Of a DNA stretch of 33,862 nt, positions 17,471 to 23,804 are shown one piece after another. The notes below the pieces were generated by a model. That model worked only from the letters and a program-made list of their open reading frames with translations. It had not been told where the DNA came from and did not search any database. The DNA is from a virus, in IMG/VR virus record IMGVR_UViG_3300045988_082433; one strand, given 5' to 3'. Each line of letters opens with the position of its first letter. Position 1 is the stretch's first letter. Both the position numbers and the translations under genes were made by a program.

Positions 17471-18146
17471 TTTCCGCACCCTCGCTTTCTTCCTGCTGCC
17501 CCTCTGCTTCTTTCAATTCGTGGGCTTCCTCTTCCTCGTCATCTGTTTTGGTGTAATTGCTTCCGTCCTCGCAATTCCTGCAAAGGTCCATATCTATGCG
17601 GACAGGCTTACAATTTCCACACGTCCGGCAACTCCAACGGTCCCGGCAAGCCGCTTCCTCTGTGTCCTGTTTTTCCTTTCCTTTTCCAAAATCAATTCCC
17701 ATGGAAATTACAGGCATATGTCCCATTGTTTCCACCGCTTCTTTTACTGCTTCTTTCATACGTTCTTCGTTTTCTTTCTGGTTCGCTTCCATGGTCTTTA
17801 ATTCATCCATGCGGTTCTGTGCCAGGGTGTCAATAATGCGGTGCATAGATGCCGCCGCACTTTCCACGCCATTTTCTTTCGTCCACGCTTCAAAAATAGA
17901 AACTGCCGCCCCTGTCATCTGCTCATATTCCGCACCAAATCCCGTGCTTTCCTCTTCTGCTTCCAGTGTGTTTTGAAATTCCGGCTTTTCCCCGGTAATC
18001 ATTGCCTGTATATAGAAGCCCGGTACATCTGCCTTTACCGCTTTTTCTATCAGTTCCGCTTTTGCGGCTTCCCTCATAAGGTTGTAATATTCGGTGTGTT
18101 TCATTTCCACCATTCCGTCTGTTGTAAAATTATCCATAAATCCCAT
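17457..18146 (-). CDS. Hypothetical acidic protein with C-terminal Cys cluster
   Basis: The track ORF starts at TTG 18188; ATG 18146 behind AGAGG is preferred. Contains CRDRWSCRTCGNC..CRNC. Confidence 0.5.
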   Translation of the reverse strand: MGFMDNFTTDGMVEMKHTEYYNLMREAAKAELIEKAVKADVPGFYIQAMITGEKPEFQNTLEAEEESTGFGAEYEQMTGAAVSIFEAWTKENGVESAAASMHRIIDTLAQNRMDELKTMEANQKENEERMKEAVKEAVETMGHMPVISMGIDFGKGKEKQDTEEAACRDRWSCRTCGNCKPVRIDMDLCRNCEDGSNYTKTDDEEEEAHELKEAEGQQEESEGAENGNE

Positions 18147-18165
18147 GTGTTTTTTCCTCTCTTTC

Positions 18166-18480
18166 TTATCTGTAAATAGGTGTGTCAAAAGAATAAAGCG
18201 GCTTTTCTGTTGCTACTGCATCCCTGTTTTTGTAAATCAGAACTGTAAAATGTTCCTGCCCCTCTTCGTCTGGCCCCCGGTGCATCACTGCTTCAAATCC
18301 AAAACGGGCGTTTAATCTTGCCCCATAAATAGTATCTGTCAATTTTGCTACTTCCCGGCTTCCCAGTGCCACGGCGTTTTCTGCTAACTGCTGCCACCTT
18401 TTAAATTGCTTTTCCAGATATTCTAAAAAATCCGGCTCCACAACCCCATTTATCGGGGCATTTCCTTTCGCTGCTTCCAT
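18166..18480 (-). CDS. Hypothetical protein
   Basis: 104-aa ORF with an ATG start. Confidence 0.5.
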   Translation of the reverse strand: MEAAKGNAPINGVVEPDFLEYLEKQFKRWQQLAENAVALGSREVAKLTDTIYGARLNARFGFEAVMHRGPDEEGQEHFTVLIYKNRDAVATEKPLYSFDTPIYR

Positions 18481-18614
18481 GTTCTCTTTCTTCCTTTCCC
18501 GGTCCTGGTCTTTCCTACCCAGTCACGCCGTTTATTTATTTTTTTGTAACGCTCCAATATCGCTTTTACTTCTGGCATATCCAAAACGTGTACTTCCACT
18601 TTCATTTCCGCCAT
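18450..18614 (-). CDS. Small basic ORF (54 aa), tentative
   Basis: My translation is MAEMKVEVHVLDMPEVKAILERYKKINKRRDW... AAGGAAG SD. It fills an otherwise empty gap. Below the track cutoff. Confidence 0.3.
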   Translation of the reverse strand: MAEMKVEVHVLDMPEVKAILERYKKINKRRDWVGKTRTGKGRKRTWKQRKEMPR

Positions 18615-18626
18615 GCTTTCACTTCC

Positions 18627-18908
18627 TTAAATTGTGATTGTATGATAGATTGACATTTGCAAATCACTAAAGTTATATTCCGGCGTTTCCTCTGGCTGTA
18701 ATGGTTTCATAAGTCCACGCTTTTGCCATTCTTTGTGCCGTATTTCCGGCACCGCCTGGAACCTTTTAACTTCCGCACTCAATATTTCCTCTTCAATGTC
18801 TGTGTGTTCCATTGATGCTACATACCCGGCATAAATCAGTGTTTTTCCCTTTTTTATCTGCAACCTGTCTGATGATTGTAAAACCCTTATAATATCCTGT
18901 GTCTGCAT
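18627..18908 (-). CDS. Hypothetical protein
   Basis: The probable start is ATG 18908 (MQTQDIIRV), in an ATGA overlap with the upstream stop. Confidence 0.5.
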   Translation of the reverse strand: MQTQDIIRVLQSSDRLQIKKGKTLIYAGYVASMEHTDIEEEILSAEVKRFQAVPEIRHKEWQKRGLMKPLQPEETPEYNFSDLQMSIYHTITI

Positions 18909-19123
18909 CAAAATCCCCACCCGTTCTTCTGTAAATAAATAACCGCACAAACAAAACCGCAAACCGTAACCATTCCCAGGATGCCAAATGCAAGGCGGCG
19001 TTTCTTTGGACTGTCATTTGCTCCCAGTGCGTACATTATCGCCGTCCCTGCGGCTCCTAAATATGTAACGGCTCCCAAAATAGCCACCAGGCCAATGATG
19101 CCCATAATCAATAATTTCCCCAT
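18908..19123 (-). CDS. Small membrane protein (2 TM)
   Basis: The probable start is ATG 19123 (MGKLLIMGIIGLVAILGAV) behind AAGGTGGA. Confidence 0.5.
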   Translation of the reverse strand: MGKLLIMGIIGLVAILGAVTYLGAAGTAIMYALGANDSPKKRRLAFGILGMVTVCGFVCAVIYLQKNGWGF

Positions 19124-19139
19124 GTTCTCTTCCACCTTT

Positions 19140-19286
19140 CTAAAATGTGAAACCAACGGCCAACATATAATTTCCTAACATGATTGATAACTGCAAATCC
19201 TTTTCTGTTGGTTCCCATACCAGTGCAACGGAAATTCCAAATTCTTCCCGTTCCTCTGCTGCAAAATAAAATCCTCTTTCTTCCAC
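19140..19286 (-). CDS. Small ORF (48 aa, GTG start), tentative
   Basis: GTG 19286 lies 6 nt after AGAAAGCGAGGAA, which overlaps the methyltransferase stop. Translation: VEERGFYFAAEEREEFGISVALVWEPTEKD... Confidence 0.3.
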   Translation of the reverse strand: MEERGFYFAAEEREEFGISVALVWEPTEKDLQLSIMLGNYMLAVGFTF

Positions 19287-19288
19287 TC

Positions 19289-20576
19289 TTATTCCTCGCT
19301 TTCTGCTTTCTTTATCCCTATAAAAACACGCTCCGCACATGGTACGGCTATGCTGTTTCCCAGTGCCATATAACGGGCATTGTCGGACATTTCTTTGCCG
19401 CTTGCCCCGTACCTTGTCCAATAATCCGGGAAGCCGTCCAGACGTTCACATTCAAGCGGCGTAAGGCGGCGGACACGGTATTTTACTACCCTTGCAATCC
19501 GTTCCATTATCACGGCCAATGTTTCACTTCCACCCCCGGCGGCTCCACGGCTCCGCTTTAATGTGCCCACCCCCTCTTTCCACTCCGCAAATCCGCTTTG
19601 TGCGTATGCTATGGCGTGTCTGTCTGCCCCTGTCAATGTCGGTGCAACGTCCTTGTTTATGCCTGTCTGGTTTCCGCCGTTGCTACTTTTCCGGCCAATC
19701 ACGTTTCCGGCAATCGTATAAACAGGCAAAAGATAAAGCCCTGTTTTCCCACCGCCGCCCCCGGCACGTCCCATAAGTGTTACGCTCTTTGTGGCATTTA
19801 TGTAAATTCTGTCTGCGGTTCGGCCAAAATCTAATTTCATTTGTCCGCCTGGTTCCTCTGCCATTCCTCTGCAATCCGTTCCAACAACGCTATTTTCAAT
19901 ATGGTTGGGATTTCCTTTTGCTTCTCCTGTGCCCTGCGAATGATACCCCAACACGCTTTCGCACTCAAAAAGTATTTGTCCGGCACGTCCGCTTCCAAAA
20001 TCGCTGACAAGGTAGATACGTTTTCTACGTTGGGGCACTCCCCAAAATTGAGCATCAAGCATCCGCCATGCGGTACACTGAACCGCCCCCCCCTGCTCTC
20101 TCAATTCCAACCATTCCGGCATTTGCCCATTTTCCACTTTTAGGCATTGGAATGTTGCTTTCTGTGATTTCTTCCAGGACCCGGCGGAAATCTTCGCCTT
20201 TATTGCTTGAAAAAGCCCCGGCCACATTTTCCCATATAATGTACTTTGGATATTCTCCATTTGTCTTTTTCCTCATTTCCCTTACTATCCGCACCGCTTC
20301 CATAAACAGGCCGGAACGGGCACCGTCAAGCCCCTTTTGTCCCCCTGCAACGCTTAAATCCTGGCAAGGGCTTCCAAAACTGATAATGTCAACCGCCGGA
20401 ATACTTCCCCCGTCAATCTCGGTAATATCTCCCAGGTTCTCCGCATCCGGGAAGTGCCGCTTTGCTATCTCTATACAATTCGCTTCAATCTCGCTTATCC
20501 ATACGGTCTTTATTCCCTGCCGTTCTGCTGCCAGTGGAAAACCTGCGATACCGTCAAAAAGGCTTCCCAGTGTCAT
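19289..20576 (-). pseudogene. DNA (cytosine-5)-methyltransferase, interrupted by a 1-nt frameshift in a G8 tract
   Basis: ORF 20055..20576 carries FDGIAG, GSPCQDLS and ENV. ORF 19289..20260 carries QRRKR, RRLTPLECERLDGFP and GNSIAVP. The two frames fuse into one 428-aa ORF if the C8 run at 20086-20093 (G8 in sense) is read as 7. Confidence 0.85.
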
Positions 20577-20594
20577 GTTAAGTTCCTCGCTTTC

Positions 20595-21179
20595 TTAATT
20601 CTTCATTTTCATGTATGCCGCTTTTTCTTCCTTAGTAAAGAAAACCGCCCGTGTTGCTATTCCTGCATTATCCAGTTTTTCTTTTATATTTCTGGTTTCC
20701 ATGCGGTAAAAATTTTCTCTTACACTTCCGCAAGGTTCTGTATAGTCCAACGGCTGTGCTTTTGTGTCCAAAAGGTCTTTTAAAATCCTGGCTGTGGTTT
20801 CTCCATACTGCCGGAAAACTCCCCTTTCAATAAATGTTTTTTGCCAAATAAACAATTTGAACCCCAGGGCTTTTTCCACCGCTTCCAATTTTCTTTCCAC
20901 ATCCGGGTTCGTGCTTAACGGTCTATATATCCAACTTTCCTGCTGCCGTATTGCTTCTTTCTCTGGTTTCTTTGCTTCTCCTACCTCTTCAATGAAAATA
21001 AGTGCTGAATACTCAACCTCGTGCCCCACAATTTCTTTCCCTCTCATTTTAGGAACTACCGCCGTTTTGTACTGCGTGCATACTTGCTGTAAAAATGGTG
21101 CTTTTGAGTTTTCAAATTCTCTGTTTATTTTTTCTGCCAGTCCGTCTATTGTGGTATCTCTTAATATTTTGGCTTTCAT
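20595..21179 (-). CDS. Hypothetical protein
   Basis: 194-aa ORF with an ATG start behind the recurrent AGCAGGAAAGCGAGGAACTTAAC cassette. Confidence 0.55.
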   Translation of the reverse strand: MKAKILRDTTIDGLAEKINREFENSKAPFLQQVCTQYKTAVVPKMRGKEIVGHEVEYSALIFIEEVGEAKKPEKEAIRQQESWIYRPLSTNPDVERKLEAVEKALGFKLFIWQKTFIERGVFRQYGETTARILKDLLDTKAQPLDYTEPCGSVRENFYRMETRNIKEKLDNAGIATRAVFFTKEEKAAYMKMKN

Positions 21180-21208
21180 GTTAAGTTCCTCGCTTTCCTG
21201 CTACTGTC

Positions 21209-21391
21209 TTAAATCGTCCTCTGTGCTACCTCTGCCCTGTACGGTTCGCCGCCACGCTTCATTTCATTGTAAATAGTCGCTCTATGCACGCCCACCGCTT
21301 CCGCAATCTCTGTAACCCTTGCCCCGGTTTTAAGCATCTTTTCAATCTTTTCCCTATCTGCAAAGGTCAGTCTTTTGTTTCCTTTTCTCAT
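21209..21391 (-). CDS. Small HTH protein resembling the N-terminal HTH domain of IS30 transposases
   Basis: The probable start is ATG 21391 (AAAGGTGGA SD). MRKGNKRLTFADREKIEKMLKTGARVTEIAEAVGVHRATIYNEMKRGG parallels the transposase N-terminus LTQSDRIKMETMLNSGHTPEEVAKYLGVHRTTVWRERKRG. Confidence 0.6.
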   Translation of the reverse strand: MRKGNKRLTFADREKIEKMLKTGARVTEIAEAVGVHRATIYNEMKRGGEPYRAEVAQRTI

Positions 21392-21423
21392 GTTTTCCAC
21401 CTTTCTTTCTGTTTTTTTTGCAA

Positions 21424-21470
21424 TAAAAAAAGAGTGCAACAAGAGTTTTTTATTTCTCTTGTTACACTCT
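21424..21470 (-). terminator. Strong intrinsic terminator / attenuator hairpin (IR-A)
   Basis: Sense RNA AGAGUGUAACAAGAG-AAAUAAAAAA-CUCUUGUUGCACUCU forms a 15-bp stem with one G-U pair, followed by UUUUUUAUUG. It lies 33 nt before the HTH gene start. Confidence 0.65.
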
Positions 21471-21486
21471 CTCGATTTAATTTATA

Positions 21487-21527
21487 AATCAGATGCAACA
21501 ACTTATTTACTCTTGTTGCATTTGATT
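21487..21527. repeat. Inverted repeat IR-B (aatcagatgcaacaa N11 ttgttgcatttgatt): operator or RNA hairpin
   Basis: 15-bp arms with one mismatch. It shares the TGCAACAAG core with IR-A and with a fifth copy at 21560-21569. It overlaps the -10/+1 of the 21525..21554 promoter. Confidence 0.6.
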
Positions 21528-21554
21528 TTACAACTTACCCCTATATTTTGTCAA
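21525..21554 (-). promoter_or_regulatory. Sigma-70-type promoter TTGACA-N18-TAAAAT
   Basis: Sense strand CTATTGACAAAATATAGGGGTAAGTTGTAAAATC, 29 nt downstream of the transposase stop. Confidence 0.55.
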
Positions 21555-21582
21555 TAGTTATGCAACAAGTTTTTCAAAAAAA

Positions 21583-22617
21583 TTATGCCAGTTTCCTTAT
21601 TTCCTCTTCAAAGAGTTTTGCCGCTGTTTGAAACTCAAAAATCCCCCTTGGATAATTATTTATCCAGGTTTCTATATATTCAATGTCCCTGTCCTGTTTT
21701 TCGTCAAAATCTTCCCCTTTTGGAATATGGCGGCGGATTAGTCTATTTGTGTTTTCATTGCTTCCACGTTCCCAACTACTGTATGGATGACAGTAAAACA
21801 GAAATGTTCTTTTCTCTCCTGGGTGTATTGCTGACTTTTCCAGGCCGTCACAATCCGAAAATTCCACGCCGTTATCAACCGTAATGCTTCTGAATATGTT
21901 TTTGAACATATCGCCCCATTTCCGTTCTATTCTGTCCAGGGCATCCACCACGCTTTCTGCTTTCTGGTCCTGCAATTTTACTATTATTTCATTTCTGGTC
22001 TTTCTCTCTGTCAAAACAAGCATACAGGACTTTGTTACCCCTCTTTTGCCTTTCACGGTGTCCATTTCCCAATGTCCAAACACTTCCCGGTTTTCCACCT
22101 CTTCCGGGCGTTTTTCAATGCTCTGCCCTGCTGCCGCCCGTTTCTGTACCTTTACTTTTTTATTGTGTTTCTTTCTCTTTCCTTTCACTGGCAAGTCCTT
22201 ATTTGTCAATTTCAGAAAAATGCCGTCATCAATATACCTGTAAAGTGTCCGCACACTTATGGTTGTTTTAAATTCAATTCCGCTTTGTGCCACTGCTGCC
22301 AGTGCGGCTTCCGGGCTGTATTTATCATTCACAATCTTATTTTCTATATACTCCGCAAGCGGCAAATCATTTCCTATTTTAATACTTCGCCCTTTTCCCT
22401 GGGCGTTCCAGTCATGTGCCTTTTGCCCTAAATCACTGCTGTAACGTATCTCTTCTGTGTAGTCGCTATTTCTGTGTGTATAGGCTCCCCTTTTTCTTTC
22501 TCTCCAAACGGTTGTTCTGTGTACTCCTAAATACTTTGCTACCTCTTCCGGCGTATGCCCGGAATTTAACATGGTTTCCATTTTAATTCTATCGCTTTGT
22601 GTTAAGTGTTTTCCCAT
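21583..22617 (-). CDS. IS30-family DDE transposase
   Basis: 344 aa with an N-terminal HTH, HWEMDTV (D), ITVDNGVEF (D) and the IS30 signature PYSSWERGSNENTNRLIRRHIPKGEDF (E). Confidence 0.9.
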   Translation of the reverse strand: MGKHLTQSDRIKMETMLNSGHTPEEVAKYLGVHRTTVWRERKRGAYTHRNSDYTEEIRYSSDLGQKAHDWNAQGKGRSIKIGNDLPLAEYIENKIVNDKYSPEAALAAVAQSGIEFKTTISVRTLYRYIDDGIFLKLTNKDLPVKGKRKKHNKKVKVQKRAAAGQSIEKRPEEVENREVFGHWEMDTVKGKRGVTKSCMLVLTERKTRNEIIVKLQDQKAESVVDALDRIERKWGDMFKNIFRSITVDNGVEFSDCDGLEKSAIHPGEKRTFLFYCHPYSSWERGSNENTNRLIRRHIPKGEDFDEKQDRDIEYIETWINNYPRGIFEFQTAAKLFEEEIRKLA

Positions 22618-22679
22618 GTCAAATTCCTCGCTTTCTTCTATCCCCCTTGATTGTACTTTTTATTTATATTGCATTGTTA

Positions 22680-22937
22680 TGGGCGTTGTGGGGTCCAGGC
22701 TCCCAGTTCTATATTTTGATTAGGACGGTTCCCAACCGCCCAGGCGTGCCGCCTGTTTGCCTGTCCTGCTTGCACGCCGCCCGGTTCTCATTAAACCCTG
22801 GCTGTAACTTGTCAACCTACACCGCAACGCCCACCATTGCAACCCGTCAACTGTTTATAGGGGCTTCGGACCCTCACGCCGCCCATGGACAACGTGGCCG
22901 TTTTAATTGCCGGGCGGCGTAGTTGCCGCCCTTTCTG
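22680..22937. other. GC-rich ORF-free structured island (candidate ncRNA, long structured 5' UTR, or cis-acting DNA site)
   Basis: About 59% G+C by my hand count of 22681-22940, against AT-rich flanks. No credible ORF on either strand. Dense complementary segments are listed in the findings. Confidence 0.5.
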
Positions 22938-23132
22938 CTATGCACAACGGGCCTGTTCAACCCATTTCTTTGCTTCCTCTTCGCTTCCAAACCAATCATT
23001 ATAAATGTCTTTTCAGCTTGTGTTTGTGTATGTGCTTTCTGGGCACTCTTCCGCTTCTTTTGTTGCTGTAATTGCCGCTATGGCTCTTCCTCTATCATCA
23101 AATGAAGATGTTACGCAATACCATGTTTTCAT
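22938..23132 (-). pseudogene. Small conserved-looking ORF interrupted by an in-frame TGA (codon 38 of 64)
   Basis: My translation is MKTWYCVTSSFDDRGRAIAAITATKEAEECPESTYTNTS*KDIYNDWFGSEEEAKKWVEQARCA. Both halves are in the same frame; the TGA is at 23013-23015. AAAGGA SD upstream of ATG 23132. Confidence 0.5.
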
Positions 23133-23176
23133 AATATCGTCCTTTCTTGCGACACATTGGCCGCCCTGGTTCCTGC

Positions 23177-23374
23177 TTATTCTGTTTTTCCCATTCGTTC
23201 ATCAATTGCCTGGTTTATAAATTCATTTACGCTTTGCCCTGCTGCCTTGGCCGCTTCCTTTATTACTGCCTTTTTCCCTTTTGGCACCTTAATTTCTATA
23301 CGGTCATAATTCATTTTGTTGTATTCATTTTGGTACGCAATCTGGTTAAACTCTCCGCTTTTTGTTCTTGGCAT
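23177..23374 (-). CDS. Ribbon-helix-helix (Arc/CopG-like) DNA-binding protein
   Basis: 65 aa. A beta strand (DRIEIKVPKGKK) followed by two helices (AVIKEAAKAAGQSVNEFINQAIDERM). Confidence 0.6.
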   Translation of the reverse strand: MPRTKSGEFNQIAYQNEYNKMNYDRIEIKVPKGKKAVIKEAAKAAGQSVNEFINQAIDERMGKTE

Positions 23375-23497
23375 TTTCTCAACCTCTTTCTATTCTGGCA
23401 AATTCACGCTTCCTTTCTCTTGCCAAATGGTGTATAATTTCTTTTAACAGATTGGGCGGCTTTGGCAAGTCCACCGCCCTTTCTGAACCCCTAAAGC

Positions 23498-23644
23498 CTA
23501 TTCGTTAGGCTTTTCTTTTTTTGCCATGTTTCTGACTTCCTGCACGGCCTTGGCAACCTCTTCCATGTTCTTGCAATTACTGAACTTGTCGGCTACCAGA
23601 TTTAAAATGACTTCCATTTGCTTATCTGTCATGTTCTCTTCCAT
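23498..23644 (-). CDS. Small early ORF (48 aa), tentative
   Basis: AAAGGAGATAAC-ATG. Translation: MEENMTDKQMEVILNLVADKFSNCKNMEEVAKAVQEVRNMAKKEKPNE. First ORF after the consensus early promoter. Below the track cutoff. Confidence 0.45.
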   Translation of the reverse strand: MEENMTDKQMEVILNLVADKFSNCKNMEEVAKAVQEVRNMAKKEKPNE

Positions 23645-23702
23645 GTTATCTCCTTTCTATGCTTGCCCATGTATTTGTTAAGGTTCTTCCTTAACTGTCT
23701 TT

Positions 23703-23731
23703 ATTATATCGCATATGTCGGCATATGTCAA
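23703..23731 (-). promoter_or_regulatory. Consensus early promoter TTGACA-N17-TATAAT with embedded operator repeats
   Basis: Sense strand GTATTGACATATGCCGACATATGCGATATAATAAAG. Repeats ATATGTC(G/A) lie at 23713-20 and 23723-30 (+ strand), with an inverted copy CGACATAT at 23741-48. Confidence 0.7.
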
Positions 23732-23764
23732 TACATATTACGACATATTTTAATAAAATTATTT

Positions 23765-23801
23765 AACCCCCAATACACTGTTTTTTTGCATATTGGGGGT
23801 T
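23765..23801. terminator. Hairpin terminator after the PH-domain gene
   Basis: aacccccaata-N15-tattgggggtt forms an 11-bp perfect stem, 4 nt after the stop at 23805. T/A-rich flanks on both sides. Confidence 0.65.
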
Positions 23802-23804
23802 CTT

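Noticed and set aside
21541-22718. A 10-bp direct repeat CTATATTTTG (21541-50 and 22709-18) flanking the transposase gene, considered as the target-site duplication of an about 1.16-kb IS30-family insertion.
   Set aside because: The sequences just inside the two copies show no inverted-repeat relationship. IS30-family duplications are normally 2-3 bp. The left copy also overlaps the -35 of a promoter. This is kept only as a caveat for the resident-transposase hypothesis.
22681-22760. A tRNA-like or tRNA-fragment (attP core) reading of gggcgttgtggggtcc...ggttcccaaccgccc.
   Set aside because: A T-arm-like CGG-TTCCCAA-CCG is present. However, I could not build an anticodon arm or a matching acceptor stem, and there is no CCA-proximal context.
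22912-22931. The hairpin loop AACTACG (sense) resembles the TACTACG nick motif of pMV158-type rolling-circle origins, which would make this the Rep dso.
   Set aside because: The resemblance is only 6 nt, the family of the phage Rep is unassigned, and the site is 7 kb from rep. This is too weak to call and is mentioned only as a testable idea.
22938-23132. Genome-wide TGA reassignment as the explanation for the in-frame TGA.
   Set aside because: TGA clearly terminates several well-defined genes with ATGA/TGA-ATG coupling (stops at 3617, 4385, 17457, 18908, 20055). Standard code 11 therefore fits, and the TGA is a local event.
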